A stretch of DNA of 64,000 nt from a virus: IMG/VR virus record IMGVR_UViG_3300037010_000365, positions 17,962 to 81,961 of that record. One strand, given 5' to 3'. How positions within the stretch are numbered: the stretch's first letter is position 1; the number at the start of each line of letters is the position of its first letter. Position numbers and translations under genes: made by a program. The notes under the pieces are model-generated. The model saw only the letters and a program-made list of their open reading frames with translations, had not been told where the DNA came from and made no database searches. Of the stretch, positions 37,675-47,692 are shown piece after piece.

Positions 37675-37746
37675 AATCCCGGCTTAATCCAATCAAATTA
37701 GATAATAGAATCTATATCTTTTCTTTTTTGGTTAAGCCAGAGTGCT
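37675..37746 (-). repeat. Dispersed hairpin element, copy 3 (inverted)
   Basis: Reverse complement reads GGCTTAACCAAAAAAGAAAAGATATAGATTCTATTATC...TGGATTAAGCC. Confidence 0.8.
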
Positions 37747-37908
37747 AGAAATGAATTAAAATGTTGTTTATAATATTTCAATAATGTGATATTATGATTA
37801 TTAGAAGTTAAATCTTCTACATCGCAGTGATTTTACTGCTTAACCTTGTCCTAATCTCAGCATTAACCTGCCGAGCCAATGACAAAAAACTGAAATAAGG
37901 GAGACTAT

Positions 37909-39198
37909 ATGTCTAAAATTAAAGTAGCTATTGTAGGTGTTGGTAACTGTGCCAAATCATTAGTAGAAGGAATTCAATACTATAACGAAAATCCAAATGA
38001 TACTGTCGGATTAATGTATCCTGATATTGGCGGCTATAAATCTAGCGATATCGAATTTGTTGCTGGTTTTGACGTTGATATTCGTAAAGTTAATAAACCT
38101 CTAATTGAAGCTTTGCGAGCTAGTCCAAATTGTGCTATGGATCACGTTATTGAAATTACTGATAGCGAAATGACATCTTGTGTAACAAAGGGCGCCATGG
38201 TTTATTCAGGTCCAACCATGGATGGCGTTGCTCCATACATGCTAGACTTTCCAGAAGAAGTATCTTTTCGTATCGGCGCTATTCCAGCAGAACCATTCGA
38301 TCGAGTTGTCGAATTATTGAAATACCACAAAGTCGATGTAGTTATTAATTATCTACCAGTCGGGTCTGAAGAAGCTTCTAAGTTTTATATTGACGCAGCT
38401 ATTAAAGCAAAATGCCACGTTGTTAACTGTATTCCTACATTAATTTCAACAGCTGATACTATGGAATATGAACAAAAGTTTATTGATGCTGGGTTGACTA
38501 TTGTTGGTTCTGATATGCGTTCTGCTTGGGGTGCTAGCCGATTATCTGAAGTGCTACAGGGTGCTATGCTAGATGCTGGTCTGCTAGTAACACAACATAT
38601 CCAAATGAATATGGCAGCAGGCACTACGCAAGGTCAAGAAACCATTAGAACTGGCCGTACGGCAAACACTGATTTTTTAAACATGATTAGCAAGGATCGT
38701 TTACACAGCAAACATGTGTCGAAGGAAAATGTCTTGCGTGGCCAAAATTCCGTTCGAGACGTTGACACTGCTGGCATGACATTATATGCAGGTCCTTCGT
38801 TAACGGTTTTACAAAAGCCAGGTGGCCAATACGTTGGTTCAGATAATAAAATTGCTAATTTGGATCTAGTTGCTTACGGTTTCGGTGGAGCTCGATACGA
38901 ATTAACTGCACGATTATCTGTACAAGACAGTCCTAATTCTGGCGGTGTAGTTGTATCAGCTATTCGTTTCTGTAAAGTAGCTAGTGAAATGGGTATTGTT
39001 GGATTTTTACGTGGACCTAGCGCTTATACCCAAAAGACACCGCCATTACAGCTAAGCTCATCTGATTCAAAATTTGAATGTGACGCTTTGTCTCGTCGTG
39101 TGTTAACATCGTTAACAGAACCTCAACTTAAGATTAATAACCCAGTCGCAACGGATTTGCCATATACGTTCCAATCAAGTAAAACTGATTATGAATAA
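37909..39198 (+). CDS. ino1: myo-inositol-1-phosphate synthase (Ino1 family)
   Basis: KVAIVGVGNCAKSLVEG, FVAGFDVD..KV, NYLPVGSEEA, NCIP, NTDFLNM, DSPNSGGVV, KTPP. Confidence 0.9.
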   Translation: MSKIKVAIVGVGNCAKSLVEGIQYYNENPNDTVGLMYPDIGGYKSSDIEFVAGFDVDIRKVNKPLIEALRASPNCAMDHVIEITDSEMTSCVTKGAMVYSGPTMDGVAPYMLDFPEEVSFRIGAIPAEPFDRVVELLKYHKVDVVINYLPVGSEEASKFYIDAAIKAKCHVVNCIPTLISTADTMEYEQKFIDAGLTIVGSDMRSAWGASRLSEVLQGAMLDAGLLVTQHIQMNMAAGTTQGQETIRTGRTANTDFLNMISKDRLHSKHVSKENVLRGQNSVRDVDTAGMTLYAGPSLTVLQKPGGQYVGSDNKIANLDLVAYGFGGARYELTARLSVQDSPNSGGVVVSAIRFCKVASEMGIVGFLRGPSAYTQKTPPLQLSSSDSKFECDALSRRVLTSLTEPQLKINNPVATDLPYTFQSSKTDYE

Positions 39199-39217
39199 TT
39201 GAAGTGGTTTAACAATA

Positions 39218-39607
39218 ATGAATCAAATTTATTCATACGACATTGATGGAGTTATTAATTTAGATACTGGACGAATTGGTATTCGTCCAGGGTCTGTTAA
39301 TGACGTTATTATTTCTGGTAGGTCTACTGACGAACTTACTGACACTATAAAGTTTCTTCGAGATAACGGCATTGGTAACTACGTTTATCTTAATCCTATT
39401 CCATTCGAAGAAAAGACACGTGTTTTATCAGGTATTCATAAAGGTAATACTATTTTAGCTTTGCGTGAATTAGGGTTGAATATCGTGACACATTATGAAG
39501 ATGATGTAGTTCAAATTGAGCAGATAATGAAGATTGTCCCAGATTTAATAATTATTCACGTCAATCATAATGGAATTGTAAATTATGAAAACGTTAAAAG
39601 AGGTTAA
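39218..39607 (+). CDS. Minimal HAD-family phosphatase
   Basis: YDIDGV (motif I), ISGRS (II), HK (III), HYEDD (IV). Confidence 0.8.
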   Translation: MNQIYSYDIDGVINLDTGRIGIRPGSVNDVIISGRSTDELTDTIKFLRDNGIGNYVYLNPIPFEEKTRVLSGIHKGNTILALRELGLNIVTHYEDDVVQIEQIMKIVPDLIIIHVNHNGIVNYENVKRG

Positions 39608-39610
39608 ATA

Positions 39611-40663
39611 ATGAATTACGTATATGGAATCTTAGGTTCTATACCTAAACTTAAATTCTCTCATAATTCAGCTTATGCAAAAATATGGGCAAACGTTAGT
39701 AAATCTTGTATTACTGATGATTTAGATTCTGTTACATCTTCAGACAATGTTTTGCTGTATTTTGGTGTAGGGTTTAATGGTAAATTATTAAACCTTTTTG
39801 ACGGTGCTAATTCTAAGTTGTTTAACAGACTTAATGCTTTCTTATCTTGTCAAGCTGAATTTACTAGTATTGATTTTGATATGCCAGACATTGGAGCTAT
39901 GCTAACAATTAGAATTGGTAATAATACTACTGATCCGAGATTTACTAAAGAGTTTCTTGATAAAATTAGTGATAAGTGTAAAACTGTTAAGCAAATTAAC
40001 ATGAAAGATTTTATTAATGACACTATTGTTATCGGTGATTCACATAGTCTTTCAATGACTCCGCTAAATGCACCAGTAATTTATATGACAGGCAAAACAA
40101 TGTTTGGTATTACTAAATCTGGATTATCAGAAATCGTTGATTTGAATAATATCAATAAATTAACTTTATCGTTTGGTAGTATCGATATTCGACATCATTT
40201 ATTCAGACAGACAAATCCTAATGTAGCTGCTACTAAACTGGTTACAGATTATCTGAATATGATTACTTTACTGTTAGACTCGCATCTGCAGATTAATATT
40301 GAATTATGTTCTACTGTTCCTGTTGAATTCGAAGGTAGAAAATTGCCAAAAACTGGCTATTATAAAGGTACCCCATTTGCTGGTAACAGACAACAGCGAT
40401 TAGATGTAACGTTGATGATTAATAACATGCTTAGCGAATTTGCAAATATGACAAATAGAGTTTCGTACATGTCATTTCCATTGGAATGGTATGAAATGGA
40501 TCCTAAACTGTTTGCTGATACTATCATGGAAAGACCTAAATCTGTTCATATCGGTTACCCGTTTTATAGACTAAATGATTTTGGTAAAGTAGAGCAGTTC
40601 AACGATGAAGAACCAGAGAATAATACAGAAAAACCTATGTTTTCTGGTCCTACTTTATTCTGA
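39611..40663 (+). CDS. SGNH/GDSL-like protein in the DNA-modification operon
   Basis: IVIGDSHS, FGSIDIRHH, KSVH; ends FSGPTLF. Confidence 0.55.
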   Translation: MNYVYGILGSIPKLKFSHNSAYAKIWANVSKSCITDDLDSVTSSDNVLLYFGVGFNGKLLNLFDGANSKLFNRLNAFLSCQAEFTSIDFDMPDIGAMLTIRIGNNTTDPRFTKEFLDKISDKCKTVKQINMKDFINDTIVIGDSHSLSMTPLNAPVIYMTGKTMFGITKSGLSEIVDLNNINKLTLSFGSIDIRHHLFRQTNPNVAATKLVTDYLNMITLLLDSHLQINIELCSTVPVEFEGRKLPKTGYYKGTPFAGNRQQRLDVTLMINNMLSEFANMTNRVSYMSFPLEWYEMDPKLFADTIMERPKSVHIGYPFYRLNDFGKVEQFNDEEPENNTEKPMFSGPTLF

Positions 40664-40852
40664 TACTTATTATGGAAATACCATCGAATACACCGTTGAA
40701 TTTAACCCATGTTAATACTTAATAATTTTGGATTGCTATCATCAAGCGCTCCAAAATTATTCTAAACGGTTACAAAATTCTATTAACTAAAATGAGGGGG
40801 ATATTAAATCATTAAAACACCAAATATTATTTCACATCCAGATTTTCCAATT

Positions 40853-42115
40853 ATGATGGACCATTGTTTTGTTGGCAAACCTCAAGAACCTGATTTTGAT
40901 TATACACCAGATTCTTGGTATGATTCTTCTAAAGGGTTCGATAAAAATATCAATTATTCAAAATTAAGAGTGATTACACCAAAAGTTTCTAAAATATTAT
41001 GGGAATCCGTTGACAAGGATTTTCTGCATGAAATGCGTATGTTTACACATAATGTTCAAAGAACATGGGAAATCCATTATGGTGTAAGACCAGTTGAACA
41101 TTATATTGCACCAAATCCTGCTCTTGCCCTTGACGTTGAATATTTCGGGTTTTGGGTAACCGCAGACGACCGTTTAAGATATATTGCTGAAAATATAACA
41201 ACTAATCCAGACTTACCATTAATAGACCAGATTGGCAATGGTTTAGCATCACATTTTTACGGAGCAAGAAACGTACATAAAGCTATGAATGGCATTGATG
41301 ATCCTAAAACAGCGTTAGTAAACTACAGTAAATTAGCAGAAGAACAAATTGAGTTTAAGACGTCTGGTATTATTGGGGAATACACCTTGCATATGAGATC
41401 CTTTCTTGAAGAACAGAAGAAGAAAGGTGAAAAACTCTGGGGAACTACTGAGCTACACACGTCTATCCAAACTGCTGGGCGTCGCTGGTTAAACGAGTGG
41501 TATAACGATGATAGACTACATCAAAATAAAGGTTCATCAAATAACGTTAATGAATGGATTGCTTCGTTTAAGAATTCTGGTTTGCTAGATAAAATGGTAG
41601 CTAATTCTGGATTAAAGTCAATGTGTGATATTCTTGGGTCTGAATGGGGTATCGGCGATTATTACCGGTTTCACGGTGGTTCTGATTTATCATTATGTCC
41701 TGAATTAAACGCATATATTGATGAACGATATGTGGTACCTGGTCCTGGAGCAACATGGACATTAAAAAATCTATATCCAGATTTATCAACTAAAGACGTT
41801 TCTCTTGCTGATAGAGTTATTTGGTTTAGAGAAAACCAATCATATTTGCTAGGTCTTCCTGAGATTAATCCGTTTTTTCATAAACTGGAAGTCAATGGCA
41901 TTAACATTTTTCCTGAACCGATTAATGAAATCAAAACAACTCAAGCTGAAGTATGTCATTGCCAGTTCGGAATTTATGTAGATTTGCGAGACAATCCACA
42001 TAAAATCGATAAACGAAAAGTAGCAAGAAACGATAATGCTACTTGCGCGATTGATAGCGTGCAATCACCGAATAAACGAAAAGCAGAAATTTATTCTGGA
42101 CCTACTCTATTTTAA
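40853..42115 (+). CDS. aGPT-Pplase-like (HhH-glycosylase fold) DNA base-hypermodification protein
   Basis: GIGDYY.FH..SDL, VVPGPGA..TL, EVCHCQF..Y motifs; ends YSGPTLF; start may be upstream at ATC/ATT 40808-40811 behind GAGGGG. Confidence 0.65.
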   Translation: MMDHCFVGKPQEPDFDYTPDSWYDSSKGFDKNINYSKLRVITPKVSKILWESVDKDFLHEMRMFTHNVQRTWEIHYGVRPVEHYIAPNPALALDVEYFGFWVTADDRLRYIAENITTNPDLPLIDQIGNGLASHFYGARNVHKAMNGIDDPKTALVNYSKLAEEQIEFKTSGIIGEYTLHMRSFLEEQKKKGEKLWGTTELHTSIQTAGRRWLNEWYNDDRLHQNKGSSNNVNEWIASFKNSGLLDKMVANSGLKSMCDILGSEWGIGDYYRFHGGSDLSLCPELNAYIDERYVVPGPGATWTLKNLYPDLSTKDVSLADRVIWFRENQSYLLGLPEINPFFHKLEVNGINIFPEPINEIKTTQAEVCHCQFGIYVDLRDNPHKIDKRKVARNDNATCAIDSVQSPNKRKAEIYSGPTLF

Positions 42116-42128
42116 TAAAAGGAATTAA

Positions 42129-42623
42129 ATGATAGTTATTATTGAAGGACCTGATCGGGTCGGTAAAGATTCACTATTATCTCAAGGGGTTTTTACAGAG
42201 TACGAACAGATTCATTGCGGATCACCAAAGCTAAAAACCAAAGATTATTACTATGGATATTATACTGGTTTATATCAATCATTAAATCAATTGAATACCC
42301 GTGTTGTATTAAATCGAAGTTCAATAGGTGAATATGTTTATGGACATTTATATCGCAACAACGAATATGAATTGTTAGATATAGTAGATCCTCATCAAAT
42401 TATTGCAAATCATGAAGTTAGAATAATCACATTAATCGATTCAGCTGAAACTTTATTGTCTAGAGAAGACGGTGAATCATTTGGAAAAACGTTACAAGCA
42501 AAAAAAGATGAAATTGACCGGTTTATTAAAGTCACCGAATTTTTTAATGGGTCAGTTATTAATTGCGCAGGTAAAACTTCTAATGAAGTATACGAAGAAG
42601 TTGTAGGAGTTATGTATGGATAG
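42129..42623 (+). CDS. Thymidylate-kinase-like P-loop kinase
   Basis: IIEGPDRVGKD, NRS.IGEYVYG..YR. Confidence 0.8.
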   Translation: MIVIIEGPDRVGKDSLLSQGVFTEYEQIHCGSPKLKTKDYYYGYYTGLYQSLNQLNTRVVLNRSSIGEYVYGHLYRNNEYELLDIVDPHQIIANHEVRIITLIDSAETLLSREDGESFGKTLQAKKDEIDRFIKVTEFFNGSVINCAGKTSNEVYEEVVGVMYG

Positions 42624-43308
42624 AGTAAGCGATATTAGAAATCAGTTGGTAAACCAATATAACACAGGCGATTTTGTTATTGATAAGACTGGTGCAAAAA
42701 TGGTAGAACTTATCGGCGCTACATTTATCGCTGATGAAGATTGGATTATTAGAAAACCAAATATGGAATATGTTAAGCATGAGTTAGATTGGTACGAATC
42801 ACAAAGCTTGAATGTTTATGATATACCTGGAGTTGTTCCAGAAATTTGGAAACAGATCGCAGACATGTATGGTAACATTAACTCTAATTATGGTTGGTGT
42901 ATCTATTCTGATGAAAATTCAGCTCAATTCCAGAAATGCTTAAACGAATTACTAGCTAATAAATTTAGTCGACGATCAACTATGATTTATAATAGACCGT
43001 CTATGCATGAAGACTATAAAGAAAATGGTAAAAATGATTTTATTTGCACCTACGCTAATCAGTTTTTTATTAGAGACAACAAATTAGTTTCTCATTACAT
43101 AATGCGGTCAAATGACTCGGTATTTGGGTATTGTAATGATTATCAGTGGGCTAAATATGTACAGCAACATATGCTTTCTGAATTGCTATTAGACTATCCA
43201 GGTCTTGAGTTAGGCGATATCATATGGACAGCATCAAGTCTTCATGTATATGAACGACATTTTAAATTTATTGAAGAATATAAAGGAACACAAAATGGCA
43301 GTATTTAA
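42616..43308 (+). CDS. gp42: dCMP hydroxymethylase (T4 gp42 family)
   Basis: DKTG.K..E.IGA.F.ADE, ELDWYES, INSNYGW, SRR..MIY.RPSM, DFICT, MRSND.VFG..ND (Asp specifying dCMP), SLHVY.RHF. Confidence 0.93.
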   Translation: MDRVSDIRNQLVNQYNTGDFVIDKTGAKMVELIGATFIADEDWIIRKPNMEYVKHELDWYESQSLNVYDIPGVVPEIWKQIADMYGNINSNYGWCIYSDENSAQFQKCLNELLANKFSRRSTMIYNRPSMHEDYKENGKNDFICTYANQFFIRDNKLVSHYIMRSNDSVFGYCNDYQWAKYVQQHMLSELLLDYPGLELGDIIWTASSLHVYERHFKFIEEYKGTQNGSI

Positions 43309-43831
43309 TCAATGCTCACACTTAGTAAATGAAGAATCATTAGCGCAAGTTCGTAACGCGGTGAACTTGTCTAAACATGTAGGTAATAACCCATTTCAAT
43401 TAGTGCTAGACACTCAATTGAAATTGCAAAAAGAATTAGCTGCTAAGTTACCAGAAAATGGTAACATTGATCCTGAAAATATGGCCGATTGGGCTACTTG
43501 CGGTCAGATGGTAGATTATATGCGTGAACAGAAAGATTCACTAGACGACGAGTTCCGTGAATTGCTTACATCATTCGGTGGGATGTCTAACGGTGAAAAA
43601 TCAGCTACATCAGTCTGGAAGAAGTGGAAAAAAGATAACCAGTCTAGACGTAACACTTTATTTTCTGAATTGTCAGAAGAAGATAAATTAGAAGTTTATA
43701 TGGAATTAATCGATGCTGTTCATTTCTTTGCTAATAAAATCAATGCATTAGGTTTAACAGCTGACGATGTTTGTGAGTTGTATCTCATTAAAAATGCTGA
43801 AAATTTTAATAGGTATAACGCTGGTTATTAA
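43295..43831 (+). CDS. gp56: dCTPase/dUTPase (T4 gp56 family)
   Basis: MAVFNQCSHL, MREQKD..DDEFRELLTS.G.MS.GEK.A..VWKKWK, EL.D..HF, KN.ENF.R..GY. Confidence 0.93.
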   Translation: MAVFNQCSHLVNEESLAQVRNAVNLSKHVGNNPFQLVLDTQLKLQKELAAKLPENGNIDPENMADWATCGQMVDYMREQKDSLDDEFRELLTSFGGMSNGEKSATSVWKKWKKDNQSRRNTLFSELSEEDKLEVYMELIDAVHFFANKINALGLTADDVCELYLIKNAENFNRYNAGY

Positions 43832-43915
43832 TTTTATACAAAACCGTTTAGTTTTACATCTAAACGGTTTACAAATCATTCGTGATGTAATATAATAATC
43901 AAAAAGGAGTACACC

Positions 43916-44549
43916 ATGCAAGATCATACACTGTCAGCTATCTATAAAATCATTACAGGTAAAGACGAAGACTTAAAAGTAGACAACTCAGAATTAAACC
44001 AGATTGGTACTTAGCACTTTTGATTTAAATCAACTCACTGTAAACTTGCTCGCAAGCGATGGTAATCTTTATCCGTTTACATACAATTTAAGCAAGGTGG
44101 TAAACGGCGATGTTCTGGCATCAGCAACGACTAATATGCTAATCAAACGCAAATCAAAACAATCGCCAACCAGTATTCGATTTAACGATGTTGCTGTTTG
44201 GAATGCACGTGCAAAGATTAACGAAAAGCTTAATACGCTACGACGTGAACTAACTAAGAAGTATATTGAACTAAAGCAACAGAAGAATATTCAAGATTAT
44301 ACTCACGAGCAAAAACAATTATATCTGAAGCTTTTAGAGTTCGAACAGCTTAGCGAAAAGGCTAAAGTTGAGTACGCATCCACATACTTTAAGAATAGCG
44401 GTATTAATTTAGATAGCTCTAATGATTATCAGGTTTCAATTAACGGTTATACCCAGACATGGAAACACGGCAACCATCAAGAAGTATCTGTAGCTAAATT
44501 CGATTGGCATAATATGACCACCCATAATATTCACGGATACTCGAATTAA
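43916..44549 (+). pseudogene. Hypothetical early gene with an apparent frameshift near 44000 (ORF track 44004-44549)
   Basis: Promoter, AGGAG and ATG 43916 give a 32-aa ORF overlapping the 181-aa ORF in the +1 frame. Confidence 0.45.
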
Positions 44550-44776
44550 TGGGAAGAGTAGTACACAAATTTTACAGTCTATCCCACACTGATGCTGTCA
44601 AGATTATTAAAAAAATTAAAATGCGTAAGAATAAAACGTTATTTCCTAACGCTTCTTTTGTGTATGAAGAGCTGTCGTCTCTAGATTATGAAAGAACTAG
44701 TAATGGATCGACAAATTTGGTACGACCAAATAAAAAAGATAGATGCGCTTTGACTGTTGAGTGGGATAAACTATGA
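44549..44776 (+). CDS. Hypothetical protein
   Basis: Translationally coupled ORF. Confidence 0.55.
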   Translation: MGRVVHKFYSLSHTDAVKIIKKIKMRKNKTLFPNASFVYEELSSLDYERTSNGSTNLVRPNKKDRCALTVEWDKL

Positions 44777-45057
44777 AATTAACTGGAATTGTAACAACTC
44801 AGAAAGAGTTTGATGTTAGTTTTAATAGTGTTTTACAGTCAATAAGCAAAGAGTTAACGGGCAGCACAGATTGGCGTGTAGATTATAATGAAGCAACAGG
44901 TCAACATCAATACCGTGTATACGAACGTGTATCATGGGATGAGTATGATTACGTAACCAAAAGACTAGCAACAGATGAAGAGCAGAAAATCTTTTATGCT
45001 ATTAACACACTGAAGGAGGTTTATCTTGCAAGAGAGTCTAACAAAGCACTTAGATGA
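44773..45057 (+). CDS. Hypothetical protein
   Basis: ATGA-coupled ORF. Confidence 0.6.
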   Translation: MKLTGIVTTQKEFDVSFNSVLQSISKELTGSTDWRVDYNEATGQHQYRVYERVSWDEYDYVTKRLATDEEQKIFYAINTLKEVYLARESNKALR

Positions 45058-45490
45058 TGTTGAAATTCCAACATCTTGCAGTTTTGAATATTCAATGTCA
45101 AACGGTAATGACCGGCACTACAAGGTAACACTTGGCTGGTTTGGGTATACAGACAATAAACCTTATTTAAAACGTAAGCTAGTTTACGATATTGTTATTC
45201 ATATAAAGAGTTTTAACGAGTATTTTGTTTATATTATCGATAGCTCGTTTACTGCAACTACATTAATACGAGTTCATATCACCGACGATTATTTTGGCGA
45301 TGTTAGCGACTTAACTGAAGATGAAAAGATTCAGGTTAAAGGTTCTATAGGGATGGACATAGTTAAGACTAAAACTATTGCAATGTTAGGGCGGTGTAAC
45401 ATCAAGTACGCGCATATGCTATATGAGATTCATAAATCTGTTGAAGATCTTGAACAATCAGAACGCCAACAAAATAAAATAATTCATTAA
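45026..45490 (+). CDS. Hypothetical protein
   Basis: TTG start with GGAGG RBS. Confidence 0.6.
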   Translation: MQESLTKHLDDVEIPTSCSFEYSMSNGNDRHYKVTLGWFGYTDNKPYLKRKLVYDIVIHIKSFNEYFVYIIDSSFTATTLIRVHITDDYFGDVSDLTEDEKIQVKGSIGMDIVKTKTIAMLGRCNIKYAHMLYEIHKSVEDLEQSERQQNKIIH

Positions 45491-45712
45491 ACGGTTTACA
45501 AATTAACAAAGGTGTGGTTACAATGGAAAATAATCAAGATAGATTAACACTAGATTGCATTTGTAATCTGTTTATTGATAATTCAGTAGTGTTTATTGAT
45601 AAGTTTGATATCAAAACCAAAGAGGATGTCTTAACTCTTGTGTTAAGACATCCAGATATCGCAACAAATTATATCTGGTGCGGATTAAAACATATAGTAA
45701 ACGGAATACAAG

Positions 45713-46177
45713 ATGTGTAATATTCAAAACTTATCAATGCTTCAATACTTAGAACGGAAATACACAGCTGATCGTTGTGTTATGATTCGTATCTTCGACA
45801 ATACGTTTGATAAAGATTTATACCCAACTGCTGTATTCGATGGTAGAGATGAGTTAGTTCGAGTGTATACGTTTGACGATGCTGACCGCGGTGAACCGAA
45901 TACTCTTACTTTGGAAACGGCCAGCGATATTATCGCTGATTTAAAATATGCGAAGGAATTGAACAAAGACGTTCGTGTTCATTGCCTAGCAGGCTTATCA
46001 AGATCGGGCGCAGTTACTCAGTTTGCAATAGACTATCTTGGATTTGAAGATACTGGTAGACCCAGAGTACCTAACTCTCATGTGTATCAAATGCTTGTTG
46101 AGTCTTATACAGGGTTGACTATTGAACAACAAGTTATTAAAGCCTTTGAAAATTATATGCAAGGAGAAGATGTATGA
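45713..46177 (+). CDS. Cys-dependent (PTP/DSP-like) phosphatase
   Basis: VHCLAGLSRS CX5R loop, FDD, PN.HV. Confidence 0.82.
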   Translation: MCNIQNLSMLQYLERKYTADRCVMIRIFDNTFDKDLYPTAVFDGRDELVRVYTFDDADRGEPNTLTLETASDIIADLKYAKELNKDVRVHCLAGLSRSGAVTQFAIDYLGFEDTGRPRVPNSHVYQMLVESYTGLTIEQQVIKAFENYMQGEDV

Positions 46178-46337
46178 TCTATACTGCAAAAGTATCAATG
46201 CACAACGGTAAACGTAGCTTTAAATCAGCAACTCAACAAATAAATCAAATATTGCGCTAAAAGTTGAAATGCAGTTTACTTTTTCATGGAAGCATAATAT
46301 AATAGCTATACGTTAATCAAATAGGAATAGATATATC

Positions 46338-46631
46338 ATGTCAAAGCTAACAGTTAGTACAATTCGTTCATTGTTTCCTTCTAGCTCCAAAGCGTCAGCT
46401 TCAATGATCCCAATTGAGTATGTCGACAGTGTTCGAGCTGCATATCATAATGAAGGTTATAAAGTAACTATGCGATACCGTGGAAGCCGACAAAAGCAAT
46501 CTGGCATCGTTATGACACACGACGCTTTAGGTCGTGTTTATTCTCGTAAACGTGTACGTTCCCCTGATGCGGCACAACGCGAATGTTTAAAAGATTATGC
46601 TGAACACTTCACAGTTTACATTCGAGATTAA
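46338..46631 (+). CDS. Hypothetical early protein
   Basis: Early promoter at 46274 and RBS. Confidence 0.6.
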   Translation: MSKLTVSTIRSLFPSSSKASASMIPIEYVDSVRAAYHNEGYKVTMRYRGSRQKQSGIVMTHDALGRVYSRKRVRSPDAAQRECLKDYAEHFTVYIRD

Positions 46632-46642
46632 GGAGTAGTAAT

Positions 46643-47692
46643 ATGAAAAATATGTTTAAATTTCCAAGCATTGAACAATTTGCTTCGGTGGTTAAAAGCG
46701 TTCGAGAACGTTCTAAGTTTGTTGGATTAGACACTGATGGGAAAGCTATTTTTGATCTAAGCAAAGTTGCACCTAAATTATCGTTTCATGGCACTGTAAA
46801 ATTACATGGAACAAATGCTTCAGTGTGCTTTAACCAAGTAGATGGATTATGGTTCCAGTCTCGTGAAAATATCATTACGCCTGAAAAAGATAATGCTGGT
46901 TTTGCGTTCTACGTAGAATCTAATAAATTTGAGTTTCTCCGCATTATTAATCAGTTTAGTGTAGATAATCAACTAGATTTATCTACGACGTCTCTATGTA
47001 TTTACGGTGAGTGGTGTGGTGGTTCGATTCAGAAAGGTGTAGCGCTGAACCAGTTACCTAAAATGTTTGTAGTTTTCGGTGTTAAGCTAATGACTTTTGA
47101 CAGTGAAGAATCAGTAGGCACATGGTTAGATCATTCAAGCATTAACGATGAGACTATTCGTTGTTATAATATTGAACAATTCCCAACTTACGATATCGAG
47201 ATTGACTTCGAGAACCCTTCATTATCACAGAATAAGTTAATTGATATGACTATCGCTGTTGAAGATGAGTGTCCAGTTGGTAAGCACTTCGGAGTTTCGG
47301 GTATCGGTGAAGGAATTGTTTTCTCCCATGTCTATGAAGATGGTACTGTGCTTCGCTTCAAATCTAAAGGTGAAAGACACGCTAGCTCTAAAGTAAAAAC
47401 ACTAAAAGTTGTGGATGACGCTAAAGAGCAGTTAAAATTAGATATTGCTGAAAAAGTAACACCGGACTGGCGAGTTGATCAAGCTATTCAAGAGGTGTTT
47501 GACACTAATAACAATGGTGTAATCGATATTAAGAAAATTGGTGATGTCATCAAGTGGGTTAACCAGGATATCATGAAAGAAGAGCTTCATGTATTTGCAG
47601 AAGCTGGGTTAGAGCCTAAAGAGGTAATGTCCAAAGTTGCACAATTTGTTAAAACACGTTTCTTTACTGTTATGAATGAGAATTTAGTATGA
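46643..47692 (+). CDS. RNA ligase, Rnl2 family
   Basis: VKLHGTN, QSR, DNAGFA, IYGEWCG, GEGIV, FKSKG. Confidence 0.85.
   Translation: MKNMFKFPSIEQFASVVKSVRERSKFVGLDTDGKAIFDLSKVAPKLSFHGTVKLHGTNASVCFNQVDGLWFQSRENIITPEKDNAGFAFYVESNKFEFLRIINQFSVDNQLDLSTTSLCIYGEWCGGSIQKGVALNQLPKMFVVFGVKLMTFDSEESVGTWLDHSSINDETIRCYNIEQFPTYDIEIDFENPSLSQNKLIDMTIAVEDECPVGKHFGVSGIGEGIVFSHVYEDGTVLRFKSKGERHASSKVKTLKVVDDAKEQLKLDIAEKVTPDWRVDQAIQEVFDTNNNGVIDIKKIGDVIKWVNQDIMKEELHVFAEAGLEPKEVMSKVAQFVKTRFFTVMNENLV

Noticed and set aside
42616-43308. Ordinary thymidylate synthase or dUMP hydroxymethylase
   Set aside because: The sequence follows T4 gp42 closely, has the dCMP-specifying Asp and is coupled to a dCTPase
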